From contig JACRFD010000077.1 of the NCBI GenBank assembly GCA_016218025.1, positions 797 to 64,796 of the forward strand: 64,000 nt of DNA, in the 5' to 3' direction. The position numbers and the translations under genes were made by a program. The notes below the pieces were generated by a model that worked only from the letters and a program-made list of their open reading frames with translations, did no database searches and had not been told where the DNA came from. Shown here piece by piece: positions 49,100 through 59,396 of this stretch (position 1 is the first letter of the stretch; every line of letters starts with the position of its first letter). The stretch comes from Ignavibacteriales bacterium. GTDB taxonomy: Bacteria > Bacteroidota > Ignavibacteria > UBA10030 > SZUA-254.

Positions 49100-49942
49100 A
49101 TGAACAAATTTTATTCACATCTGTCACTCATAACGATTGCAATCTTGCTCTCGGTATCTTTTCTTTTTGCACAAGATAGCTACAAGATCGAGTACAAATT
49201 CCAAAAAGGAACAACATACCGCTACAGCCACATTTCCAACAGCAACATCACACAAGAGATGATGGGCAAAGAAATGAAGATGACCAACGCGAGCGACATG
49301 ACCATTCGTGTTTCCGTCGATGATATTACGAAAGAAGGAAACTTTGGATTAGTTGTCAGTGTCGATTCAGCGAAGAATACAACTAAAAGTCCGATGATGG
49401 ATACAACCATGATTCTTAACAATATAATTGGCAAGCGAACAAAAATTACAGTATCTAAAATGGGATCGGTATTATCGCGTGAAGTAATCGATACGATTAA
49501 GAACGAAGGAATGATGGGCGGCTCGCAACGCGGAATGGCAAGCATGACTAAACTTCCGGATAAACCGGTAAAGGTTGGAGAAAAATGGACAACCACTACA
49601 ATCGATACCATCGAATCAATGGGCGGCAAGATAATCCATACTACAAACATGGAATTCACATTGACCGGTAAAGAGACTAAACAAAAGCACGATTGCCTGA
49701 AACTTGATTATACCGGAACAACCACCGACACAGGTAAAATGGTTATGAACGGAATGGATTTATTTGTTGAAGGCAGCGGTAAAGTTAAAGGTACAATGTA
49801 CTTTGATCCGAAAATTGGGATAACAATCGTTGATGAATCATCGACCGATAATGAACAAACTATGGCAATAACAGGTCAACAGAACATGACGATTCCTATG
49901 TCGGTTTCAACAAAATCGGTAAAAACATTTTTAGAGAAGTAA
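49100..49942 (+). CDS. Secreted hypothetical protein, Met- and Thr-rich
   Basis: AAGGAG lies 6 nt upstream of the ATG at 49100. Signal peptide is MNKFYSHLSLITIAILLSVSFLFAQD. By my count, 23 Met in ~280 aa. Confidence 0.55.
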   Translation: MNKFYSHLSLITIAILLSVSFLFAQDSYKIEYKFQKGTTYRYSHISNSNITQEMMGKEMKMTNASDMTIRVSVDDITKEGNFGLVVSVDSAKNTTKSPMMDTTMILNNIIGKRTKITVSKMGSVLSREVIDTIKNEGMMGGSQRGMASMTKLPDKPVKVGEKWTTTTIDTIESMGGKIIHTTNMEFTLTGKETKQKHDCLKLDYTGTTTDTGKMVMNGMDLFVEGSGKVKGTMYFDPKIGITIVDESSTDNEQTMAITGQQNMTIPMSVSTKSVKTFLEK

Positions 49943-49943
49943 C

Positions 49944-51251
49944 ATGCGGTTAATTAAGATTTTAATGATCGTTTTGCTCTCGATATTTTTCGAGATCGCG
50001 TTTTGCCAGAACGATTCTTTTAGCATTTCTCAAAATGAGTATGCAGGTCGACGGCAGCAATTACTTTCATCGCTCGATTCGGGTACGGTTGTTGTGATGA
50101 GATCGGGCGATTATAAAATGAGATCGAATGATGTTGAATACAGATACAGGCAGGAGAGTAATTTTCTTTATCTTACCGGTTGGAGGTCTACCAACCGGTA
50201 TATTATTTTCTCTCCTGCAGGATTTGAAACCGACGGTAAGCGTAACAATGTTTTCTTGTTCACAACAAGTCAAGAAGAAAGCAAACAAACAAAAATAGGA
50301 ACAAACGAAATCATTTGTAACATCTCAAGATTTCAAGAGCTATTCAAGTCGGTTTTGACAAATGCCAAAACTCTTTATATCTCTGCCCCGGATTTGCAAT
50401 TTGTGAACGACTGGCTGAACGACAAAAAAATCTTCCTCGATAAGAATGCGAAGAAAGAACTTGAGCAGCGATACCCTGATCTCAAAGTGAAAAATGCGCT
50501 GCCGCTGTTCGGTAAATTTAGAGAAATAAAATCTGAAGCCGAGTTGCGGCTCATGCAAAAGTCTATCGTGTTTACATGGAATGGTTTAAAACGTGCAATG
50601 ATGGATTGTAAGCCGGATACGTGGGAATACGAGCTACAAGCAGATATTGAATACGAGATGATGCACGGAGGGGCGGATTTTCCAAGCTGGACATCCATTA
50701 TTGGATCGGGTGAAAATTCGCTCATATTACATTACGATGATAATCGCCGGCAGATGAAAAACGGCGATCTCGTTGTCATGGATGTTGGTGCGGAATACGA
50801 CGGCTATGCTTGTGATATCACAAGAACAATTCCTGTTTCGGGGAAATTCACAAAAGCACAGACAGAAGTTTACAACATAGTTTTGAAAGCTCAGGAAGAA
50901 GTTATTAAAATCGTCAAACCCGGAATCACGATGAAGGATATGGATGCAAAGGCAAAAGAAGTAATCGTGCAAGCAGGATTCGGAAAATTTATCCGTCATG
51001 GCGTTACCCATCCTGTAGGAATTGATGTACATGATATTTGGGCGAGCGACACATTGCGAGCCGGGATGGTTATGACCGTTGAACCGGGGATTTATATACC
51101 TACTGATGCTGACAGTATTGCGTCAGATTTTAGGGGTTTTGGTATACGGATTGAAGATGATGTACTAGTGACTGAATCTGGTTGTGAAGTTATGACGAAA
51201 AATGTACCGAAGGAAATTGATGAAATTGAAAGGTTGATGAGAAAAAAATAG
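49944..51251 (+). CDS. pepP: Xaa-Pro aminopeptidase (M24B)
   Basis: Metal-ligand contexts are DVGAEYDGYACDITRT, HGVTHPVGIDVHD, EPGIY and IRIEDD. Confidence 0.9.
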   Translation: MRLIKILMIVLLSIFFEIAFCQNDSFSISQNEYAGRRQQLLSSLDSGTVVVMRSGDYKMRSNDVEYRYRQESNFLYLTGWRSTNRYIIFSPAGFETDGKRNNVFLFTTSQEESKQTKIGTNEIICNISRFQELFKSVLTNAKTLYISAPDLQFVNDWLNDKKIFLDKNAKKELEQRYPDLKVKNALPLFGKFREIKSEAELRLMQKSIVFTWNGLKRAMMDCKPDTWEYELQADIEYEMMHGGADFPSWTSIIGSGENSLILHYDDNRRQMKNGDLVVMDVGAEYDGYACDITRTIPVSGKFTKAQTEVYNIVLKAQEEVIKIVKPGITMKDMDAKAKEVIVQAGFGKFIRHGVTHPVGIDVHDIWASDTLRAGMVMTVEPGIYIPTDADSIASDFRGFGIRIEDDVLVTESGCEVMTKNVPKEIDEIERLMRKK

Positions 51252-51304
51252 TCGAGGAAATAAATGGAATCGACAAGAAAAAAATGTTAAAAAAATGTGT
51301 GGAA

Positions 51305-51330
51305 ATTAGCTTATCATAAGCTACTTTTAA
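51305..51330 (+). terminator. Terminator-like hairpin after pepP
   Basis: agcttat-cat-aagct followed by actttt. The stem is short, so this is weak. Confidence 0.35.
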
Positions 51331-51418
51331 GTTATGTGATCCTCATTTTAACGTTCTTCAAAACAAATGTATCATACCAAGGAATTAAACCTATAAAAAT
51401 AGCGTTACAATAAATAAC

Positions 51419-51826
51419 ATGGCAAGCTCATTTAAATATCGCTCGGTTGCCCTACTCCTTGCTGGAATCTTTTCGGTTTTCAACATCGGGCTGCCGGTAG
51501 TTTTGCATTATTGCAAGATGATGGAAACAGTTTCGAGAAATTCTTGTGGTATGTGCGATATTGAAAAAATGGACACCGACAATATACAAGTTTCTAAAAC
51601 GGCATCTTCTTGCTGCAAAACAATACTTGGTGTAGATCGCAACAAGACCGAGTTTCTTGAATCACAACAGATTGATGTAGCAAAATTTCAACACTCCATT
51701 ACTACGATACTCCATACTTCTCCGGGTATTGATTTCAAATATCGTTCAAATATATACTTTACTACTACCTACTCACCCCCTCTCTTCGAAGATATACCTA
51801 TCTTCACATCTTCACTTCTGATTTAA
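51419..51826 (+). CDS. Small membrane-anchored Cys-rich protein (HYC...CC...PP motif pattern)
   Basis: N-terminal TM helix followed by LHYCKMM, SCGMCD, SSCCKT and YSPPLF. This pattern matches what I recall RefSeq labelling the HYC_CC_PP family (not verified). Confidence 0.5.
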   Translation: MASSFKYRSVALLLAGIFSVFNIGLPVVLHYCKMMETVSRNSCGMCDIEKMDTDNIQVSKTASSCCKTILGVDRNKTEFLESQQIDVAKFQHSITTILHTSPGIDFKYRSNIYFTTTYSPPLFEDIPIFTSSLLI

Positions 51827-51964
51827 TTCTGCTTCATAAACGGATTCTGATTCGTTTAAGATGTACTACTTAAAAAGTCGGGCAGCAATCGATTTCGATA
51901 AAATATTTGATTTTAATAATTACACTTTATGAATGATTCACCAATAAACAAGGAAATACTTTTT

Positions 51965-52828
51965 ATGAAAAACAAATCATTATTTTCTACTCTGTTGTTC
52001 TTTTCTACGTTTTTATTAGTTGGAACAACACAGATGTTCTCACAGCATCATTATAATAACTGGGTTCACAGGAATGCAACGGACACAACAATTGCACGTT
52101 GCTGGGACGATTCGCTCACCTTCGCAATGTTTCCCCCCGGTTCTATGATGGGAATGATGTTCCCCGATTCAATTTACTGTCGTATCGATCGAATGCATCT
52201 TGATAGTTTGGATCATCCACACGATTCAACATTTATGGGCTGGCATAGAATCGAAATTGGGCGGGATAGTACTCACTTTGATATGATGGACGATTCCATG
52301 ATGAGCGGAAATCATATGATGCAGTTTATGACAGGTCTACAGTGTCAGTTGCGCTGGGATAGTCTCTATGCCGATTCACTCCATCGCGGATGGAAGCCGA
52401 CCGGTGTCCGTGGTTGGAACGGTACACAGTGGGTAAGTTTAACAAACGTTTCATTTATTGGAACAACTGCCACAGTGAAAACAGCCCAAGCATATGCCGC
52501 AATAGCGTTTACCGGTACGCCGCCGGCAATCATGGGAATTTCTCTAACGGCAGATATACCATCACAATTCAAATTGGAGCAAAACTATCCAAATCCATTT
52601 AATCCCTCTACCGAGATCCGCTTTAATATACCGTTGACTGAGAATGTAACGTTGAAGGTTTACAACGTGCTTGGTAATGTTGTCGCAACACTTTTTGACA
52701 ATCAATTATTGAGCGCCGGAGAGCATTTCGTTTCATTCAACGCATCAAATTTAGCCAGCGGAATATATTTCTATTCATTGCAATCGGGTAAATTCAAAGC
52801 TATAAATAAAATGGTTCTCCTTCGTTAA
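51965..52828 (+). CDS. T9SS-sorted secreted protein with Met/His-rich N-terminal half (candidate metal binder)
   Basis: Signal peptide from the ATG at 51965. By my count ~16 Met and ~10 His in the first ~145 aa (SMMGMMFPD, HPHD, DMMDDSMMSGNHMMQFM). C-terminal NYPNPFNPSTEIRFNI...MVLLR is a T9SS tail. Confidence 0.6.
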   Translation: MKNKSLFSTLLFFSTFLLVGTTQMFSQHHYNNWVHRNATDTTIARCWDDSLTFAMFPPGSMMGMMFPDSIYCRIDRMHLDSLDHPHDSTFMGWHRIEIGRDSTHFDMMDDSMMSGNHMMQFMTGLQCQLRWDSLYADSLHRGWKPTGVRGWNGTQWVSLTNVSFIGTTATVKTAQAYAAIAFTGTPPAIMGISLTADIPSQFKLEQNYPNPFNPSTEIRFNIPLTENVTLKVYNVLGNVVATLFDNQLLSAGEHFVSFNASNLASGIYFYSLQSGKFKAINKMVLLR

Positions 52829-52955
52829 TTCGGATAAGCTCCATGGATTTCAAGATGTGGGTTTGGGGGAAAACCTGCAAACCCACATTTGAAGTCTTCG
52901 ATAAATTTATAAATCAGACTTGGATAATTATTGAAATATTCATAGATTATAATAG

Positions 52956-53303
52956 TTGATATTAAAACTCTCAAAATATTACCCACAAACGACAAATCTG
53001 ATCGTAATTTTCTGCCTTACCATTTCCATGTTATGGTGTGGTGATATTAACTGCCTAAATGGCAACAGCACTGATCAATGTTCAACATTGGTTTGTGAAC
53101 TGCTCGGCAGTCATCAGAATTCGCAAACTAATCACGACGACAATCATTCGGATAACTGCACCTGCATCTGCCACATCCCGGCAATAGCAGGTGTTTTATC
53201 AACCGTGTCATCTTCATTTCAACCGGAGAATAACACAGTAGCTATTTCATTCTCTATTCCAACAGCCCCAGTCCAAAACATCTACCACCCTCCAAAAGCG
53301 TAA
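52956..53303 (+). CDS. Small Cys/His-rich hypothetical protein
   Basis: TTG-start ORF with a hydrophobic N-terminus; HQNSQTNHDDNHSDNCTCICH; ends in YHPPKA. Its position immediately upstream of the efflux genes supports that it is real. Confidence 0.35.
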   Translation: MILKLSKYYPQTTNLIVIFCLTISMLWCGDINCLNGNSTDQCSTLVCELLGSHQNSQTNHDDNHSDNCTCICHIPAIAGVLSTVSSSFQPENNTVAISFSIPTAPVQNIYHPPKA

Positions 53304-53380
53304 CTCTCTTACGCTGTTACCCGATTCCTCCGGGTTTCTATAATTCATAAATTTTTAAAATCTATTAAGCGAGGTTCGCT

Positions 53381-54637
53381 TTGTTACAACGCTATATTTA
53401 TTTAATAGGATCGTTATTCCTGTTATGTTATACTGTTTTGTTCTCTCAGTTGAAGGAACAACTCTCCCTTAACGACGCTATAACATTTGCAATTAAAAAT
53501 AACCCACAATTAATCTCTTCGTCGAAACAAATTGATGTTGAAAGCGGACGATTCTGGCGTGGAGTTTCGCCACAATCTCCTTCACTCTCCGTGAATTATC
53601 AATATATTCCAAAAGGAAACAGCATCAAACAATTCGGTGAACGAACGGTTGAAATAAGTCAATCGTTGGATTTTCCAACAAACATTCTTTTTCGCGGTTT
53701 GCAGTTGTCGTCGAAGGTCTCTGTTGCCGAAGCAGAATATTCTTCAACTTCAAACGATATTATATCACGAGTAAAGATTGCATATTACGACGTACTGGCG
53801 AAACAAAAAAAGATAGAACTTGCCGGCGAAAATCTGGCAATCGCCGAAGACTTCGCTCGCAAAGCGGATATCCGTTATAATGTTGGCGAAGCTACAAACC
53901 TGGAACGATTAACGGCAAATGTTCAGTTCACACAGGCGCGGAACGCTTTAGACGTAGCACAGAATGATCTTAAAATCGCGTTCGGCGAATTGTATCATGT
54001 TCTCGGTCTCAGAAAAGAAGACCAACCCGATAAAATAATTCTTACTGATAGTCTTGTTTACAAACCGATAACGCAAACATCGGAGCAGCTTAAAGAGCGG
54101 GCTTTTAAAATCAATCCACAACTTATAGCAGCATCCGAAAGAGTATCGGTCGCCTCAATCGATAGGGCATTGGCATGGTCGAGTTTTCTGCCGAACCTGA
54201 ATGCTTCGTATTATCGTCAGACTGTGGATGGTAACTCGGATTTCTACGGTGTTTCTTTTGGAATTTCCCTGCCTCTCTGGTTTTTGTTTGATCAGCGTGG
54301 TCAGATTCAGGAAGCATCGGCAAATTTGAATGTTGCAAAATCTGATTTACAATCTTTTCGCAATTTCATCAGCATGAATGTTCAGACCGCTTATTTGGAA
54401 TTGAAGAATGACGAACGGCAAATCAAACTGCATCAAACCGATATTCTTCCTCAGGCAAAGGAAGTTTACCGTACCGCTCTTGCAAGTTACGAAGCGGGTG
54501 AAATTACTTATTTAGAATTCTTACAAGCCCGGCAAACACTTATTTCATCGCGAAGCGAATTCATCGACGAACTCGCTCTCTACTGCAAATCGCTTGCGAA
54601 ATTGGAATATGCAATCGGATCATCTGTTATTGAATAA
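53381..54637 (+). CDS. TolC-family outer-membrane efflux protein (CzcC/CusC-like)
   Basis: Signal peptide, two OEP repeats, and a typical LSLNDAI..A..NNP opening. Confidence 0.85.
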   Translation: MLQRYIYLIGSLFLLCYTVLFSQLKEQLSLNDAITFAIKNNPQLISSSKQIDVESGRFWRGVSPQSPSLSVNYQYIPKGNSIKQFGERTVEISQSLDFPTNILFRGLQLSSKVSVAEAEYSSTSNDIISRVKIAYYDVLAKQKKIELAGENLAIAEDFARKADIRYNVGEATNLERLTANVQFTQARNALDVAQNDLKIAFGELYHVLGLRKEDQPDKIILTDSLVYKPITQTSEQLKERAFKINPQLIAASERVSVASIDRALAWSSFLPNLNASYYRQTVDGNSDFYGVSFGISLPLWFLFDQRGQIQEASANLNVAKSDLQSFRNFISMNVQTAYLELKNDERQIKLHQTDILPQAKEVYRTALASYEAGEITYLEFLQARQTLISSRSEFIDELALYCKSLAKLEYAIGSSVIE

Positions 54638-54662
54638 TATTTATAATCAAAAGGTATCAATC

Positions 54663-55835
54663 ATGAAATTAAAATTATTTTTTATCCTTATAATATTTTT
54701 CGGCATTCTCGTATTATTTGGTTGCGGCAAAAAGGATGAGTCAAAAAAAGAAGAAACCCATACTGAACAAACTGAAATTGTAAAACTTTCTGCCGAATCA
54801 ATTAAACAAATAAAATTAGAGACTGAAATCGTAAAGCTAAAATCGTTCACCGGCTATTTAAGCGTACCTGCGAAAGTGATTACAAATCAGGACAACGAAG
54901 CTCAGGTTGGCTCACTCATTCAAGGAAGAGTACATCAGATATTTGTTAAAGTCGGCGATTATGTTAAAGCAGGGCAGACATTATTGACTGTTGAGGGTCT
55001 TGATGTTGGAGCGATTAAAGCCGGGTTCCTGAAAGCAAAAGCCACGCTCGATTATTCAAAAGCGACTTTCGAAAGACAGAAGAAATTATTCGATGATAAA
55101 ATAGGATCACAAAAAGCATTATTAGAAAGTCAAGCCGAATATGAAAAAGCCCTTGCAGAATATAAAGCGGAGGATAAACGCATTCATTCTGTCGGACTCA
55201 ATGACGAAGATGTAACTATGGGAAAAGACGGCGATGAACATACTTCCGGCACGTTGCCCGTTAAGTCTCATCTTGACGGTATTGTTATTGAAAGAAATGT
55301 TGTCGTTGGTCAGTTTGTCGATGCCTCTACAAATGCTTTCAAAGTCATAAATACAAACACGGTTTGGATAGACGGACAGATATATGAAAAGGATTTGGCA
55401 AAGATCAATAATAAAACGAGTGCCGTATTTACAACAATGACTTATCCGAACGAAAAATTTATAGGCAGAATTATTTATACAGGTCAAACAGTCGATGAAC
55501 AATCAAGAACGATTACTGTTCGTGGTGAATTTAGCAATCCCGATAACAAATTGAAGCCTCAAATGTTCGGCGATCTAAAATTCTCTATTGGCTCAGAAGT
55601 AAAAAGTATTCTGTTACCCGTTGAAGCCTTAGTCAAAGATGCCGATCAGAGTTATCTGTTTATCTCGATAAATGATACCACATTCGGGAAACGCGTTGTT
55701 ACCACCGGTTCATCCGTTGATGATTTGATTGAAATAACATCAGGTCTGAATCAAGGTGAGAGTATCGTATCCAAAGGAATATTTTATCTGAAAAGTGAAC
55801 TGAAGAAAGAAGAATTATCGGGAGACGAACACTGA
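54663..55835 (+). CDS. Efflux RND periplasmic adaptor subunit (CzcB/CusB/HlyD family) lipoprotein
   Basis: The ATG at 54663 gives MKLKLFFILIIFFGILVLFGCGKK (lipobox). Lipoyl-like and beta-barrel segments follow. The gene abuts the RND pump gene. Confidence 0.85.
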   Translation: MKLKLFFILIIFFGILVLFGCGKKDESKKEETHTEQTEIVKLSAESIKQIKLETEIVKLKSFTGYLSVPAKVITNQDNEAQVGSLIQGRVHQIFVKVGDYVKAGQTLLTVEGLDVGAIKAGFLKAKATLDYSKATFERQKKLFDDKIGSQKALLESQAEYEKALAEYKAEDKRIHSVGLNDEDVTMGKDGDEHTSGTLPVKSHLDGIVIERNVVVGQFVDASTNAFKVINTNTVWIDGQIYEKDLAKINNKTSAVFTTMTYPNEKFIGRIIYTGQTVDEQSRTITVRGEFSNPDNKLKPQMFGDLKFSIGSEVKSILLPVEALVKDADQSYLFISINDTTFGKRVVTTGSSVDDLIEITSGLNQGESIVSKGIFYLKSELKKEELSGDEH

Positions 55836-58800
55836 TGCTGGAAAAGATTATATCACTCACGTTGAAGCAAAAAGGAATGATATTATTCCTATCGCTTATC
55901 ATAGTTACATTCGGAATTTATTCATATCTAAAATTACCAATCGATGCCTTTCCGGATGTCACAAATATACAGGTAGAAGTTGTCAGCCATGCAAACGGAC
56001 TTTCAGCCATTGAGATTGAACGAAATGTCACTTATCCGATTGAAATGGCAATGCGGGGTTTGCCGGATGTAGAACAAATGCGCTCTGTAACTAAATTCGG
56101 TCTTTCAATAGTTACGATAGTATTCAAGGATAATGTAGATATTTATTTTGCACGGCAATTGGTCTTTGAGCGTTTGGGTGAAGCGAAAGAAAATGTCCCC
56201 AAAGGTGTTGAGATTGCGATGGGACCAATCGCTACAGCGATGGGAGAGATTTATCAATATACTCTCGAGGGGAAAATCCCAAGCGACTCATTAGAAAGGA
56301 TATCTTACTTAACAAATCTGAGAACAATTCAAGAATGGATTATTACTCCGCAGCTAAAAAGCGTTGCCGGAGTGAACGAGATTAATTCCTTCGGCGGATA
56401 TTTCAAACAATATCAGGTAATTGTTTCTCCGACTAAATTACTAAAATACGGGATCACCGCAGATGAAGTATATTCAGCCATTGGAAATAATAATCAAAAT
56501 GTCGGCGGAAATATTCTTGAGAAAAATTCAGATCAATATATTGTCCGCGGCGTAGGCTTGATTAAAGACTTAAGCGATATTGAAAATATCGTTTTAAAAT
56601 CCCATGAAGGCACCCCGACATACATACGAGATGTTGCCCAAGTAAAAATCGGTGAAGCTGTTCGGATGGGGGCTTCGATGAAAAACGGCAACGAAGAATC
56701 GGTCGGAGGAATTGTTATGATGCTTCGCGGCGAAAACAGTCGTGAAGTGGTTGAGCGTGTAAAATTAAAAGTCGATGAAATCAATGAAAACAATATGCTC
56801 CCCGACGGAATTAAAATAATTCCTTACTACGACAGGAGCGATATCGTTGATGCCAGCGTTAATACAGTAAATAAAGCATTAATCGAAGGATCGATTTTTG
56901 TTCTAATAATTCTGTATCTTTTATTGAGAAGTTTTAGAGGAAGCTTCGTTGTGCTTATCGCTTTACCCTTGTCTTTACTAGTCACATTTACGGTCATGAA
57001 GATAATCGGATTGAGCGCAAACTTAATGTCACTCGGTGGACTTGCGATTTCAATTGGAATGATAATAGATGCAACGATTATTCAGGTGGAAAATGTGCAA
57101 AGGCATCTTAGCGAAACCGGTAAAGAGCAATCAAAAATATTAACCGTGCTCAGAGCGGTACTTGAGGTAAGAAAACCGAGCATATTTGGCGAATTGATAA
57201 TTGCCCTTACATTCATTCCGATCCTTTCCCTTGAGGGAATTGAAGGAAAAATGTTTGGACCATTAGCCGAGACTGTAGCAGTAGCTCTGATATCTTCATT
57301 ATTTCTTTCGATTTTTGTTATACCGGTTCTTTGTTCGATATTCTTGAAATCCCAACCCGAAAAAGAAAGCATAGTAATGAAATTTGCAAAGAAGTATTAT
57401 GCGGTATTATTAGAAAATGCGATGAAAAAGAAAATATTACTCTTAAGCATTGCAGGAATATTGTTGGTTGTTTCACTTATAGTGTTCACAAGATTAGGGA
57501 CAGAATTTATTCCGATCATGGATGAGGGTGCATTCGATATGGACGTTGCTTTGCTTCCCGGAGTTTCGCTATCAAAAGCTGCTGAGATTAATCAACTTGC
57601 CGCACAGAAAATGAAAGAATTTGACGAGCTTGATGTTGTTGTATCCCGGATCGGACAAACCGGCGTTGCATTAGATACACGGGGTGTGGATAAGACCGGC
57701 TATGTCGGTATATTAAAGCCCAAGAGTGAATGGAAACGTGATATTACAAGAGAAGAACTGACAAATGAGATGCGTGAATCTTTGGAAAAAATTCCCGGAT
57801 TAGGATTCAGCTTCAGCCAGCCGATACAATGCAGAATCGATGAACTTGTTGCCGGTACGAAGGCACAATTGATTCTGAAATTGTTCGGTGAAGATATTGA
57901 TATGTTGAAGAAAAAAGCAGATGAGATCACTCGAATTCTTTCGTCAATTGAAGGCGGAACCGATTTGATGACAGAAAAAGTTTCGGGACAGCCATATTTA
58001 ACCATCAACATTGACCGTTCGAAAATTGCCCGTTACGGATTAAACATTAGCGATGTTCAAAATGTAATCGAAATAGCAGTTGCCGGAAAAGCAGCCTCAA
58101 AATTTTACGAAGAAAATAGGAGCTTCGATATCACCGTTCGTTTGCCTGAAGAAAACCGGAATTCCATTGAAGCAATTGAGAATATATTAGTTCCTACAAA
58201 AACAGGAATGAATATTCCTCTTGCACAATTAGCAGATGTAAAAATGATCGAAGGACCGGTACAGATCAGCCGGCAAGATGGAATACGAAGAATCGGCATC
58301 GAGATGAATGTAAGCGGAAGAGACATTGGCAGTTTTGTTGCAGAGGCAAAACAAAAAATAAAGGCAAATGTTCAACTACCGGCGGGTTATTTTTTGACCT
58401 GGGGTGGACAATTTGAAAATCAGCAAAGAGCAATGAACAAACTTATGATAGTCGGACCGATTGCGGTCGGATTAATTTTACTTCTTCTGTTTATAACATT
58501 CAGATCCATTCGTCTTGCACTGCTTGTAATATCAAATCTGCCGTTTGCTTTGATAGGAGGAGTTTTTTCTCTGTACATTTCGGGATTGTACTTATCCGTC
58601 CCGGCATCTGTTGGATTCATAGTCTTATTCGGTGTGGCGGTGTTAAATGGTGTGGTGCTCGTTTCTCAAATATCGCAATTACGTGAAGAAGGCATGGAAC
58701 TGAACGAGGCAATTAAAAAAGGAAGCCTGAACAGGTTACGACCGGTGCTGATGACCGCCTCCATAGCAATATTCAGCTTGATCCCGATGTTGTACGCGAG

Positions 58801-58939
58801 TGGTGCTGGATCAGAAATACAAAAACCGCTCGCCACTGTTGTCGTAGGAGGTTTAATTACTTCAACTCTGCTCACATTGTTAATTATCCCGGCGGTTTAC
58901 AGTTGGTTTGAAAAGAAACAAGTTGAAGCAGAAATGTAA
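55835..58939 (+). CDS. Heavy-metal efflux RND transporter, CusA/CzcA family
   Basis: 1034 aa with 12-TM HME-RND architecture. N-terminal motif PIDAFPDVTNIQVEV; IDATIIQVEN in TM4 (the HME signature region). Confidence 0.95.
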   Translation: MLEKIISLTLKQKGMILFLSLIIVTFGIYSYLKLPIDAFPDVTNIQVEVVSHANGLSAIEIERNVTYPIEMAMRGLPDVEQMRSVTKFGLSIVTIVFKDNVDIYFARQLVFERLGEAKENVPKGVEIAMGPIATAMGEIYQYTLEGKIPSDSLERISYLTNLRTIQEWIITPQLKSVAGVNEINSFGGYFKQYQVIVSPTKLLKYGITADEVYSAIGNNNQNVGGNILEKNSDQYIVRGVGLIKDLSDIENIVLKSHEGTPTYIRDVAQVKIGEAVRMGASMKNGNEESVGGIVMMLRGENSREVVERVKLKVDEINENNMLPDGIKIIPYYDRSDIVDASVNTVNKALIEGSIFVLIILYLLLRSFRGSFVVLIALPLSLLVTFTVMKIIGLSANLMSLGGLAISIGMIIDATIIQVENVQRHLSETGKEQSKILTVLRAVLEVRKPSIFGELIIALTFIPILSLEGIEGKMFGPLAETVAVALISSLFLSIFVIPVLCSIFLKSQPEKESIVMKFAKKYYAVLLENAMKKKILLLSIAGILLVVSLIVFTRLGTEFIPIMDEGAFDMDVALLPGVSLSKAAEINQLAAQKMKEFDELDVVVSRIGQTGVALDTRGVDKTGYVGILKPKSEWKRDITREELTNEMRESLEKIPGLGFSFSQPIQCRIDELVAGTKAQLILKLFGEDIDMLKKKADEITRILSSIEGGTDLMTEKVSGQPYLTINIDRSKIARYGLNISDVQNVIEIAVAGKAASKFYEENRSFDITVRLPEENRNSIEAIENILVPTKTGMNIPLAQLADVKMIEGPVQISRQDGIRRIGIEMNVSGRDIGSFVAEAKQKIKANVQLPAGYFLTWGGQFENQQRAMNKLMIVGPIAVGLILLLLFITFRSIRLALLVISNLPFALIGGVFSLYISGLYLSVPASVGFIVLFGVAVLNGVVLVSQISQLREEGMELNEAIKKGSLNRLRPVLMTASIAIFSLIPMLYASGAGSEIQKPLATVVVGGLITSTLLTLLIIPAVYSWFEKKQVEAEM

Positions 58940-59026
58940 ATAACTGATGTTACTCAGGAACACTAATTTGTCATATTGACAGTTTTGCGTAACATAAGTA
59001 AATAGTTATAAGGAAAGGAAAATAAA

Positions 59027-59368
59027 ATGAAAGAGATTAAAGCAATAATAAGACCATTCAAATTGTTGGAAGTAACCGAGCAGCTTCAAAATATTGAGGG
59101 ACTGCCGGGAGTAACTGTATCAGAAATCAAAGGATTTGGCAAAGGCAGAGCTAAAAATGCTAAAGATAAAGTTACTTATGAGATGGTGGAATTCATTCCA
59201 CGAATAAAATTAGAAGTTGTTGTTAATGATGAAATGGCTGACGAGGTTGTAAATGTGATACAGAAATATTCTCACACCGGAAATACTGGAGATGGAAAGA
59301 TATTTATCATCGATGTTGAAGACGTTATCAAGATCCGAACGAACGAGCGGGGTAAGAAAGCAATATGA
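59027..59368 (+). CDS. PII (GlnB)-like signal-transduction protein
   Basis: 113 aa. MKEIKAIIRPFKL..V...L, T-loop-like GFGKGRAKNAKDKVTYEMVEF, and GDGKIFI..VE..I.IRT.E.G. Confidence 0.8.
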   Translation: MKEIKAIIRPFKLLEVTEQLQNIEGLPGVTVSEIKGFGKGRAKNAKDKVTYEMVEFIPRIKLEVVVNDEMADEVVNVIQKYSHTGNTGDGKIFIIDVEDVIKIRTNERGKKAI

Positions 59369-59396
59369 GTACAACAAATAAAGGATTATAGGTAAA

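Noticed and set aside
49222-49659. 145-aa ORF antisense to the Met-rich secreted protein gene
   Set aside because: The sense ORF has a ribosome-binding site, a signal peptide and tight coupling to pepP. The antisense ORF has none of these.
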